In this document: one piece after another, positions 1 through 8,091 of the stretch
Position numbering within the stretch: the stretch's first letter is position 1
How the letters are laid out: every line of letters starts with the position of its first letter
IMG/VR virus record: IMGVR_UViG_3300035670_000049
Coordinates: 1 to 64,000 of that record
Source of the DNA: a virus
Length of the DNA stretch: 64,000 bases
Direction: 5' to 3' (one strand)
Made by a program: the position numbers and the translations under genes
The notes under the pieces: generated by a model
Told to the model about the DNA's origin: nothing
Seen by the model: only the letters and a program-made list of their open reading frames with translations
Databases searched by the model: none

Positions 1-131
1 CTTCTTTCCTAAGAATATGTTCTAGTATCTCTACGTCAGATTTACCTTTAAACATTGCAAGATTTCGCATACGATTAATCTTGCCTTGATATTTGGGATC
101 AATTTCATACATATAAAAATCCTCTAGGCAC

Positions 132-167
132 AAAAAAATAAGGAGCGAAGTCAACGACTTGCTCCTT
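132..167 (-). terminator. Rho-independent terminator closing the tRNA operon
   Basis: AAGGAGC AAGTC GTT GACTT C GCTCCTT hairpin followed by ATTTTTTT on minus strand. Confidence 0.8.
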
Positions 168-186
168 TCCATTCCGTTCATTAAGT

Positions 187-261
187 TGGTTGCGGGCCTG
201 AGAATCGAACTCAGAGTTTCTGCTTATGAGACAGGTGGGTTAGCCATTACCCTAGCCCGCA
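187..261 (-). tRNA. tRNA-Met(CAT), elongator or Ile2 type
   Basis: Cloverleaf, loop CT-CAT-AA, TTCGA T-loop, CCA end; no GGG/CCC initiator stem. Confidence 0.9.
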
Positions 262-267
262 TGAGAT

Positions 268-356
268 TGGTGGGTTGGGTAGGATTCGAACCTACAAGTT
301 TACCACATGGGACTTGTTCTACAGACAAGCGAGTACACCAATTACTCAACCAACCC
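268..356 (-). tRNA. tRNA-Tyr(GTA)
   Basis: CTTGT-CTGTAGA-ACAAG anticodon arm, long variable arm, CCA. Confidence 0.93.
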
Positions 357-497
357 TTACTTACTTTTCTTTACTCTGTTAGGTAACTTTTTGTAATTAA
401 CACCCTTATTAAAATCTTGAAGTGTAGTCCTGGAAATTTTACCTTGTTGATAAAGAACTCCCATCATTTTAAACTGCTTCTTAGATTTTGCTGGCAT
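357..497 (-). CDS. Small basic protein, 46 aa (MPAKSKKQFKMMG...), not in ORF track
   Basis: Translated by eye; SD-like GAAGGTGA upstream of ATG. Confidence 0.7.
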   Translation of the reverse strand: MPAKSKKQFKMMGVLYQQGKISRTTLQDFNKGVNYKKLPNRVKKSK

Positions 498-540
498 TTA
501 ATCACCTTCTTTATGTGACCTTATTTCGACCTCTTTATTC

Positions 541-618
541 GGTCCCGTCACCAGTTAGGAATGCTCCCTGTCCAGCGGACGAGGTTCTGGTGGGCCATCG
601 GTTTCATCCACACCGACA
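541..618 (-). ncRNA. Structured RNA, candidate HDV-like ribozyme
   Basis: Pairings CACCA/TGGTG and TGTCGGTG/CGCT-G-GACA, ACCTCG loop, GG, short stem, CTAAC; see findings. Confidence 0.35.
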
Positions 619-660
619 AAGGTTAGGCTGTACATAATATGTAACAACCTAATAAAAATC

Positions 661-736
661 TGGCCCGCCCCAAGCGAGTCGAACGCTTATCTACGGGATC
701 GAACTCCGTTACACTAATCCATTGTGCTAGGGGCGG
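661..736 (-). tRNA. tRNA-Arg(TCG)
   Basis: Cloverleaf, loop GT-TCG-AT, CCA. Confidence 0.88.
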
Positions 737-738
737 AT

Positions 739-815
739 TGGCAGTCGTACTAGGATTCGAACCTAGACTTTCTTGGGCCAGAACCAAGCGTGTTGCCAAT
801 TACACTATACGACTG
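739..815 (-). tRNA. tRNA-Gln(CTG)
   Basis: CTTGG-TTCTGGC-CCAAG, CCA. Confidence 0.92.
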
Positions 816-890
816 TGGTAGCCCCACACGGAATTGAACCGTGTTCTTCGCGTTATCAGCACGACGATCTAACCGTTAATCGATGGGGCT
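816..890 (-). tRNA. tRNA-Ile(GAT)
   Basis: TCGTG-CTGATAA-CGCGA, CCA. Confidence 0.92.
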
Positions 891-891
891 T

Positions 892-967
892 TGGGGTGAT
901 CATTGGGTTTCGAACCCAAACTACCAGTGCCACAAACTAGTGTGCTAACCGTTACACCATGACCACC
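892..967 (-). tRNA. tRNA-His(GTG)
   Basis: CTAGT-TTGTGGC-ACTGG, encoded G-1, CCA. Confidence 0.92.
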
Positions 968-970
968 GCG

Positions 971-1159
971 TTAAATAAAATCACCTGATGTATAAGATTC
1001 TGCAAATCGCCAAACGGATTCCCAATCGTCGGACTGGATATACTCCATTAGAGACTTAGAATTAAATATTTTACGATGAAGAAGATGATTAACTTCCCCC
1101 TCATCTACACCGTTATCAACTAAGTAATCAACAAGTGTGAGTAAAGTATTTTTCCTCAT
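971..1159 (-). CDS. Hypothetical protein
   Basis: ORF filling gap between tRNAs, coupled to upstream ORF. Confidence 0.65.
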   Translation of the reverse strand: MRKNTLLTLVDYLVDNGVDEGEVNHLLHRKIFNSKSLMEYIQSDDWESVWRFAESYTSGDFI

Positions 1160-1494
1160 TAGTGTAATCTATACTTCCTTTTAGGCTTACTAATCAGACC
1201 CTTTTTAATCAACTCTTTACATGCTAAATAATAAGCAAACTCAAATCCATTTCTAATTTGAAGTGCAGAAGAGGAAGCATTTGCATTTGAATCTCTTAGC
1301 CGCATTATAGCAGTTTCATACCTATCCCATTCTGCGCCAAATGCTTTTGATTTAGGTGGAACAGACGAATCAACTGGCTTCTTATACGAAGATCGAATTG
1401 ATCCCGATTCAATTCTAACATCCTTGGCTAGAATCAATCCGGGGAATGCTGAATGCTTCTTATGCTCGGGGATTGCACGCCCCTTATTTCTCAT
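1159..1494 (-). CDS. Hypothetical basic protein (start moved to 1494)
   Basis: GGAG SD before ATG 1494; longer track ORF overlaps tRNA-Lys. Confidence 0.7.
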   Translation of the reverse strand: MRNKGRAIPEHKKHSAFPGLILAKDVRIESGSIRSSYKKPVDSSVPPKSKAFGAEWDRYETAIMRLRDSNANASSSALQIRNGFEFAYYLACKELIKKGLISKPKRKYRLH

Positions 1495-1510
1495 ATAATC
1501 TCCTGTTAAT

Positions 1511-1589
1511 TGGTGAGCGGGGAGGGAATCGAACCCTCGTTTCACGGGTTAAGAGTCCGTTACAACAGTCCAGCAGTTGTCGCCCGCCC
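1511..1589 (-). tRNA. tRNA-Lys(CTT)
   Basis: Loop CT-CTT-AA, T-loop TTCGATT, CCA. Confidence 0.9.
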
Positions 1590-1596
1590 TTAAAAT

Positions 1597-1673
1597 TGGT
1601 GCCGAGAATGAGATTCGAACTCATAACACGCGGCTCTTCAAACCGCTGCTCTACCAATTGGAGCTATCTCGGC
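1597..1673 (-). tRNA. tRNA-Phe(GAA)
   Basis: GCGGT-TTGAAGA-GCCGC, CCA. Confidence 0.93.
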
Positions 1674-1683
1674 ATATTTAATA

Positions 1684-1758
1684 TGGCCCCACCGACGAGA
1701 ATTGAACTCGCTTCTCCTGTTCGACAGACAGACATAATAGCCATTATACCACGGCGGG
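1684..1758 (-). tRNA. tRNA-Asp(GTC)
   Basis: Loop CT-GTC-GA, GCCA end. Confidence 0.92.
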
Positions 1759-1774
1759 ATTTAATTTCTTGTAT

Positions 1775-1848
1775 TGGCATGGCGGCAGGGATTCGAACCC
1801 TGATCAACTGTTTTGGAGACAGTAATCCTACCATTGAACGACCTCCAT
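1775..1848 (-). tRNA. tRNA-Trp(CCA)
   Basis: ACTGT-CTCCAAA-ACAGT, CCA. Confidence 0.92.
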
Positions 1849-1879
1849 GCGGTCAGTTATTTAACACTCATTTATTAAA

Positions 1880-2161
1880 CTACTTGGGCTTAACGACAGG
1901 AATCTCGTAATCCACTGTTTCTAATACAGCCTTTATCCTTGCCCCACAAACCTTTCTTCCTGCTTTACCCTGACAAGTTGTGATTCTATCTGGCTCGGCC
2001 CATAGCATATTTTTACACTTAGGACAAGTTACCTGATAAAAATATATCGGGGTAGTATATGAATAGGAATATGAATTAGTACTATAGGGGTAGTACCAAT
2101 TAGTAGGTTCTAATGTTGATGTTATTGATACTGTAAATGCATCGGATTCTCCGCTACTCAT
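1880..2161 (-). CDS. Hypothetical protein with CxxC...C zinc-ribbon-like motif
   Basis: CPKC...CQG...CGA; GGAG SD. Confidence 0.7.
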   Translation of the reverse strand: MSSGESDAFTVSITSTLEPTNWYYPYSTNSYSYSYTTPIYFYQVTCPKCKNMLWAEPDRITTCQGKAGRKVCGARIKAVLETVDYEIPVVKPK

Positions 2162-2178
2162 TTTATTCTCCTAATAGT

Positions 2179-2550
2179 TTAAATGACTGATGCTCCTACA
2201 CTGTAGATAATAGCGTCTGTATCTCCATGCGTAGCAGTAACTCGCCAAACTGCTGGAAGCATGTCCTTAGCCACAAGGTTTGCCGCCGCTGTTAAATCAG
2301 GATGTACTCGTAATACTACTGTACTAACTGATGCAACCGCAGCCGACGTTAAAATTGTATAGTATTTCCCTGATGACGGGTCCTTGCCCTCGATTGTAAA
2401 TGTTACTGATGGTGTATCTGTAATACTTGTGCAATCAATGACTGCTACTAACCCTACGCCATTTCCGTAATTTCTAATATCGGGGCTACTATGTGTCGCT
2501 GTTCTTTCTTTTGATGGAAAAACTCCAACGTGCTGTGCCAAGGTAATCAC
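2179..2550 (-). CDS. Beta-rich hypothetical, probable virion/decoration protein
   Basis: V/T/A-rich composition, GGGGGTGA SD. Confidence 0.6.
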   Translation of the reverse strand: MITLAQHVGVFPSKERTATHSSPDIRNYGNGVGLVAVIDCTSITDTPSVTFTIEGKDPSSGKYYTILTSAAVASVSTVVLRVHPDLTAAANLVAKDMLPAVWRVTATHGDTDAIIYSVGASVI

Positions 2551-2568
2551 CCCCTTTTATAGTTATTT

Positions 2569-2643
2569 TGGTACTGGATAGGAGATTCGAACTCCTGACT
2601 TCTGCTTGGAAGGCAGACATGATAGCCTCTTCACCAATCCAGT
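2569..2643 (-). tRNA. tRNA-Gly(TCC)
   Basis: TCTGC-CTTCCAA-GCAGA, CCA. Confidence 0.92.
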
Positions 2644-2644
2644 A

Positions 2645-3194
2645 TTAGGCTACGTATTCTTGCTCCATTTCATCAATAAGATTATCAACAAGTTGAGCAA
2701 TTTCCACGTATAGGGATTCTCTCTTTTCTTCTACCTCTGTTTGCATGTACTCTGCACCAATAGGAATGGTTGCAAAATCTAAACCCTTACTAGCAGAGTA
2801 AACTGCCCACTCTATAGGCAACCTATTTTCTTTAGCAATATTACAACCTTCACATGCGGGAGCCTTTAACAAGCCCCCCAAAGATTTTGGATATATATGA
2901 TCCCTAGTAATTTTACGATAGTATACAAAAATTCCACAGTAGGAACACTGTATATACTTTCCATCTCTCATTAACACAAAGTTAAATGTCAAAGGAAAAT
3001 AGCCGCTTCCTCTCGCCGCTCTATACACATCTTTATTTTTAACCACAGGTTTACCTTTTTTAGAGATTGAGAAAGAATACTCAATCTCACATTCATAACA
3101 AACATTTCCTCTAGCGGGAAAATCATATCTGTTTATTTCTATTCCGCATAGTTGGCAATAATGCTTCGAACCAATATCACATACCTCAAAAATA
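2645..3194 (-). CDS. HNH endonuclease (true start lies downstream of tRNA-Pro; exact codon unclear)
   Basis: CSYC...TRDHIYPKSLGG...CEGCNIAK HNH/McrA-type motif. Confidence 0.8.
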
Positions 3195-3272
3195 TGGTCG
3201 GGGCGAGAGGATTCGAACCTCCGGCCTACTGCTCCCAAAGCAGTCGCGCTGACCAAACTGCGCCACGCCCCG
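3195..3272 (-). tRNA. tRNA-Pro(TGG)
   Basis: CGGGGCG acceptor, loop TT-TGG-GA, CCA. Confidence 0.95.
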
Positions 3273-3273
3273 A

Positions 3274-3834
3274 TTAAATTGATACCTTAGATGCATTTAC
3301 AATAATCAATCTCTGAAAAGCATCGATATATGTTACGCTTTCCTCTTCCTTATTTTCTCTCTTTTCGTATTCTCCATGTTCCAACTTCATTTCGTTGACG
3401 TGCCAGCCACCGGGATTTGCCTCAACAAAGTAATTCCATAAAATTTTCGGAGTAAATCCTGTCCGATGAAACTCTCCCGCATGGTTCTGATTCCCGTAAA
3501 TAATATCCATCGGCCAACCAGTTGTTGGAACCTCTAGCCAGAACCTCAATGTCCATTCAAGATCAGGAACAATTAACTGAAGTAATCCTCCCGGCCTAAG
3601 CAACCTCCACCATTCTCTCAGTGTAGGCACAACATCAAATTTAGATACATGCTCTAATGCATTATTGCAATAAATCCAATCTACACTTTCATTAGGAAGT
3701 GGGATATCCCACATATCTGCAACGATATCTGCTTCCGTATACTTATCTACGGATGTAAAGCTTGGATCACTGGAGAATCCACCCGCTCCAACATCCAAAC
3801 GTATGGGCTGTTTAAACTGTAGCGGATCAAGCAC
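3274..3834 (-). CDS. Class I SAM-dependent methyltransferase
   Basis: LDVGAG motif I, ALEH, LLRPGG motifs. Confidence 0.85.
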   Translation of the reverse strand: MLDPLQFKQPIRLDVGAGGFSSDPSFTSVDKYTEADIVADMWDIPLPNESVDWIYCNNALEHVSKFDVVPTLREWWRLLRPGGLLQLIVPDLEWTLRFWLEVPTTGWPMDIIYGNQNHAGEFHRTGFTPKILWNYFVEANPGGWHVNEMKLEHGEYEKRENKEEESVTYIDAFQRLIIVNASKVSI

Positions 3835-4045
3835 CTACAAATCCCTTAACCTTTCGAAAAGGCACTATTTGAACCTGATACCGTAAAGAACAGACACACC
3901 CTCTTGCATCCCTATCCGGGGATAATCCAAAATGATTTAGAATAAATTCACTTGCATATGCATTAAATGTTGAAATCTTAAGTCTGCAACCACATTCTGG
4001 GCAATAAGGCCATACGTGCTGTCCGTCCCGCATAAATTCTGCCAT
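3827..4045 (-). CDS. Hypothetical Cys-containing protein
   Basis: ORF with GGAGG SD, CPEC motif. Confidence 0.7.
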   Translation of the reverse strand: MAEFMRDGQHVWPYCPECGCRLKISTFNAYASEFILNHFGLSPDRDARGCVCSLRYQVQIVPFRKVKGFVGA

Positions 4046-4071
4046 TTTAATTTCCTCCTTTATTTTAAGAT

Positions 4072-4146
4072 TGGTGCCCCCGGTAGGAATCGAACCTACA
4101 TTTTCGGGTTAGAACTCCGAGACTTTATCCATTAAGTTACGGGGGC
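4072..4146 (-). tRNA. tRNA-Arg(TCT)
   Basis: Loop GT-TCT-AA, CCA. Confidence 0.9.
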
Positions 4147-4224
4147 TGGTAGCATCGAAGAGATTCGAACTCTTACTGTTGTGATCCTAAGTCACACGCC
4201 TCCTGCCAATTGGGCTACGATGCC
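4147..4224 (-). tRNA. tRNA-Leu(TAG), short variable loop
   Basis: TGTGA-CTTAGGA-TCACA, CCA. Confidence 0.9.
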
Positions 4225-4227
4225 ATA

Positions 4228-4596
4228 TTAACTATTTCCACCTAACTTTATTTTGCTAAAATCAGCACTGTCATCTATCGTTACTAAGATAGCCTCAAGA
4301 GCCTGTTGAACAGTCATTCCAGCAACAACAGGATCAGACGTGATACCATACTTACTATCAAGCCTGTTGTTGACCACGTTTGCTGTTGTGGCATTTATGG
4401 TATCTGTAAGTGGCTTATTAAGTGTTGTCAAGCGATCATCTAACAGAACACCAGAAACAATGCAGTTTTCAAACTTTACGAAAAAGATTCCATCCTTTTC
4501 GACAGCGACATAATCACAGCCATAATCTGCAACTACAGGTCTATATGGTTGATCTATTGTACCTGAGCCTATTATCTCACTTATCGCATACTCCAT
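4228..4596 (-). CDS. Hypothetical protein (start moved to MEYAISE)
   Basis: Track ORF 5' end overlaps tRNA-Leu. Confidence 0.65.
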   Translation of the reverse strand: MEYAISEIIGSGTIDQPYRPVVADYGCDYVAVEKDGIFFVKFENCIVSGVLLDDRLTTLNKPLTDTINATTANVVNNRLDSKYGITSDPVVAGMTVQQALEAILVTIDDSADFSKIKLGGNS

Positions 4597-4647
4597 GCAA
4601 CTTTTCACCACCTTAAAAAGAATAAAACCGTACAACGATGTACGGTT

Positions 4648-4725
4648 TGGTGCCCTTGAGTGGATTCGAACCACCACTGTACTGATCTTGAGTCAGTTGC
4701 CTCCTGCCAATTGGGCTACAAGGGC
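4648..4725 (-). tRNA. tRNA-Leu(CAA), short variable loop
   Basis: ACTGA-CTCAAGA-TCAGT, CCA. Confidence 0.9.
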
Positions 4726-4726
4726 T

Positions 4727-4803
4727 TGGTAGTCCCGGTGGGATTCGAACCCACACTTGGCGGATTTTAAGTCCGCGTCCTCTGCCGATTGGGATACGGG
4801 ACC
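4727..4803 (-). tRNA. tRNA-Leu(TAA), short variable loop
   Basis: GCGGA-CTTAAAA-TCCGC, CCA. Confidence 0.9.
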
Positions 4804-4806
4804 AAA

Positions 4807-4911
4807 GTAGCCAGAACCACTCGCTACCCACCCGGAATTCATTGCCAAGTAATCAAACCCCTACAGATTACCCAGCAAATTACCGGCCTAAGCCTTGTCC
4901 GTTCTGGCTAC
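4807..4911 (-). ncRNA. 105-nt long-hairpin RNA at head of tRNA operon
   Basis: 11-bp closing stem GTAGCCAGAAC/GTTCTGGCTAC, central bubble, upper stem. Confidence 0.5.
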
Positions 4912-4915
4912 CGCC

Positions 4916-4945
4916 ATTATAGCAGATGAGGTAGAGGAGATGCAA
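4916..4945 (-). promoter_or_regulatory. Promoter for tRNA operon
   Basis: TTGCAT-N18-TATAAT with extended -10 TG. Confidence 0.7.
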
Positions 4946-4951
4946 CCTAGT

Positions 4952-5245
4952 TTAATAAACCCTGTCGAATACCTCAAATGCGGCTGTAGAAGCAATTTCT
5001 CTTCCAGCCCCATCTTTGCCCCAACCTTCATACTCGTAATAACCTATTAGGGGTGGTCGATAAAGCGTGTACACATACCCTGAAGCCTGTGTTAAATCTC
5101 CACCTGAATAAGTAATTATTGTTCCCGTTGGCTCTTTAATACTTAATCTAATTTCTGAGGGTGTAAATCTTTGTCCATTTTCGTTATAAAATGTAAGATC
5201 AATTTCAGGTTTTGATCCCAGTACATAGCGATTGGGTTTAGCCAT
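4952..5245 (-). CDS. Hypothetical Ig-like structural/accessory protein
   Basis: Follows fibre genes; beta-strand pattern. Confidence 0.65.
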   Translation of the reverse strand: MAKPNRYVLGSKPEIDLTFYNENGQRFTPSEIRLSIKEPTGTIITYSGGDLTQASGYVYTLYRPPLIGYYEYEGWGKDGAGREIASTAAFEVFDRVY

Positions 5246-5256
5246 ATTCTCACCGC

Positions 5257-8091
5257 CTAATAATTTATATCCTTCATCATAACATTAATTGTTTCCATAT
5301 CATTTAGTGATAATCCTATTCCAGAATCCTGTAGGGCTAGTGTGATACCTGAATCCTGTAGAGTTATATTGATCGTTTCCTGATCTGAAAGTAGTAGAGA
5401 TATTCTTGATAGATCATTTATCTCTAGTCTCTTTAGGAAGTTAACAATCGTGATTTCTGCTTGTGCCTGAGCAACCTGTGAGGACTTGATAATTAAGGCT
5501 TGTGATTGAGCATATACAGTAATTCCTATACTGGTAATGTATGCCTGAGCATTTGCATATACTGTATAGGCAGTCTGCAATAGAGCAGAAGCCTGTGCAT
5601 ATCCCTGATATGTAGTTTCAATCCAAGCAGTTGATTGCGCTACACTAATAACCTGTACTTTAATGGATACTTGGGCGTTTGCGTATACCTGATACGCTGT
5701 ACGAATAACTGCACTTGCTTGTCCTGTTGCCCAGTAAATTGCCTTTATCGTAGCCTGTGCTTGTGCAAAGGCTTCTGTTTCTGCAATCTTTATATATGCT
5801 TGACCCTGCGCATATGCGTAGTATGTGTTCTTAACCCATACGCTGCTTTGTCCAAATGCCTGATATGCTTGCTTAATGATTCCTTGTGCCTGAGCATAAC
5901 TCTGAACACCGTAAGCATTGATCTTCGCTTGAGCCTGTGCTGGTTGTACAAACGCTCCTGCAATCCAAGTCGCAGCCTGTGCCCATACTTGGTATGTTAC
6001 CTTAATGTCTGCTTGCGCTTGTGCATAAACCTTCGTACCACTTCTAATATATGCTTCGGCTTGTGCAAACACACTGTTTGTTGTGTAAATGTACGCATTT
6101 GCCTGAGCAAATTGTGAGTATGTTGCTTCTATCTGCGCTTGGGCTTGTGCAACATTTTGTACACTAATCTTTATGTACGCTTGTGCTTGGGCAACATTTT
6201 GTACAGTAGACTTTACAGTAGCCGCGCTATTGGCAAATGCATGATACGTTTGACGTAACGTAGCACTAGCCTGTGCGTAAGACTGGTACTGTTGCTTTAC
6301 GCTCGCTTGAGACTGTGCAACTTGCAAATACGTTTGCTTAATTAGACCTTGAGCATTAGCATATGCAAACGAGATTGCTTTGATAGAACCTTGCGCTTGA
6401 GCAAATGCCGCATACGTTGTCTTGATAGAACCTTGTGCTTGAGCAACATTTGTTGTTGTTGTTTCGATCCAAGCCTCTGCCTGAGCATAGACTAGATAGG
6501 TATTCTTGATCAGGGCTTCTGCTTGAGCAGAGACAGGATACGTATGTTTAATATCTGCCTGTGCCTGAGCGAATGACCAACGATGTGCGCCAAAGATAAT
6601 TTCGGCTTCTGCTTGTGCAAAGCCTCTTCTGATCTTTGCATTACCAGCAGGAGCCTGTAGTTCTGCAAATGTTACATAGACTCTTGTTTCTTGGCCCGCA
6701 CTTCCATTGAACAGAATTTGCATATCAGCATAATCTGGAATGGAATTAATCTCTGCCGGTGTAAGAGCATACTCGTAAGTCGTTGGAATATCTGTTAGTA
6801 CCTGTGTTCTAGTTGCAATTAGATTTCCAGCCCGCAGTAATTCAACAGTTAGAGAACCTGTATTTGGCCCCAACTTATAGGCACGATATCGTACAATATG
6901 ATCCTGTCTATATTCAGGCTCATTCATCTGCTCCAAAGCAGTGATATATGTTGTCAGGTTAGGTGCATAATCTGTCAGTATGTAGTCGGTATCTAACGGG
7001 CTAGTTTCATCGATATACTGATAGATATCTATTCCAACGCTTATTGCTGCTTGAGATTGAGCATACGCCTCACGTGTCGCAAGGGTAGATAGAATCTGTG
7101 CTTCTGCCTGTGCGAATACTTGCGCCATTCCTGCGATATATGCTTGACCTTGCGCCCAACTATTTACCGTTGCTTTGATCTGGGACTGTGCCTGAGCGTA
7201 ACGCTTTACTTCTTCTTTGACAGTTGCTTGCGCTTGCGCGAACGTTACGTTATCAGTAACTTTGAGCCAAGTGCTTACCTGAGCGTAAGCATGGTAAGTA
7301 TTTTTGACATTTGCCATTGCTTGTGCGAATGTCAAATATTGTTGACGTATCTGCGCTTGTGCTTGAGCAACTGCTTCAATATCCGTTACTTTGATATAGG
7401 AGTCTGCCTGTGACCAGACATTATATGTAACCGCTCCTACTATCATCTGTGCTTGTGCTTGCGCAAAACTATTAACTAGATAAATAGTAAATGCTTGGGC
7501 TTGTGCAGGATTATAAACTACTTGCTTGACATATGCTAAGGACTGAGCATAAGATTGCTGCGTTATTTTAATATAAGTTTGTGACTGTGCTGATGCATTT
7601 ACTGTAGTAGAACCAGCAGTATAATCTACTGTAATTGATACATAATCAATACGAATTGTTTCTGAGGTAGGGCTGTTTGCGCGGTCATATAAGAAGTGTG
7701 CAAATACTGTTTGATCCCGAAGGTTCTGTAGCGTTGGAATCGTTGTAGCCGTAGATTCGATAACTAGATCGGCTGTGCTGCCAGAGTATTCCCCAATTGC
7801 TCCAACATCGGTTCCAGAGGGATTTTCAATAGTGATATCAATGATGCTTCCGATGCTTGCGCTCAATCCAACCTCTGCGCTTACCTTTACAGAGTTGATC
7901 GTAGCACCGTCAGGAATATCAGAAGTAGTATATGATGGGAACCCAAATCGTATTTCAGCAGTACCGTTTCTGGCGGCTTGGGTATGTGTAGCGTACTGAT
8001 CATCACTAGTCGTACCATAAGCGTTCGTTTGTCCAGTCCATGTACCAACAACATCTGTATAAGAACTAGCGGCTTTAGTTAAAATAGGCAT
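5257..8091 (-). CDS. AQAQA-repeat fibre/adhesin-like protein 1 (944 aa)
   Basis: 14-aa AQAQAxIKxTYxxY repeats plus globular beta domains. Confidence 0.85.
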   Translation of the reverse strand: MPILTKAASSYTDVVGTWTGQTNAYGTTSDDQYATHTQAARNGTAEIRFGFPSYTTSDIPDGATINSVKVSAEVGLSASIGSIIDITIENPSGTDVGAIGEYSGSTADLVIESTATTIPTLQNLRDQTVFAHFLYDRANSPTSETIRIDYVSITVDYTAGSTTVNASAQSQTYIKITQQSYAQSLAYVKQVVYNPAQAQAFTIYLVNSFAQAQAQMIVGAVTYNVWSQADSYIKVTDIEAVAQAQAQIRQQYLTFAQAMANVKNTYHAYAQVSTWLKVTDNVTFAQAQATVKEEVKRYAQAQSQIKATVNSWAQGQAYIAGMAQVFAQAEAQILSTLATREAYAQSQAAISVGIDIYQYIDETSPLDTDYILTDYAPNLTTYITALEQMNEPEYRQDHIVRYRAYKLGPNTGSLTVELLRAGNLIATRTQVLTDIPTTYEYALTPAEINSIPDYADMQILFNGSAGQETRVYVTFAELQAPAGNAKIRRGFAQAEAEIIFGAHRWSFAQAQADIKHTYPVSAQAEALIKNTYLVYAQAEAWIETTTTNVAQAQGSIKTTYAAFAQAQGSIKAISFAYANAQGLIKQTYLQVAQSQASVKQQYQSYAQASATLRQTYHAFANSAATVKSTVQNVAQAQAYIKISVQNVAQAQAQIEATYSQFAQANAYIYTTNSVFAQAEAYIRSGTKVYAQAQADIKVTYQVWAQAATWIAGAFVQPAQAQAKINAYGVQSYAQAQGIIKQAYQAFGQSSVWVKNTYYAYAQGQAYIKIAETEAFAQAQATIKAIYWATGQASAVIRTAYQVYANAQVSIKVQVISVAQSTAWIETTYQGYAQASALLQTAYTVYANAQAYITSIGITVYAQSQALIIKSSQVAQAQAEITIVNFLKRLEINDLSRISLLLSDQETINITLQDSGITLALQDSGIGLSLNDMETINVMMKDINY

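Noticed and set aside
159-4831. Track ORFs 159-386, 1446-1910, 4613-4831 and 5' extensions of 1159, 2645 and 4228
   Set aside because: They run through tRNA genes; incidental reading frames
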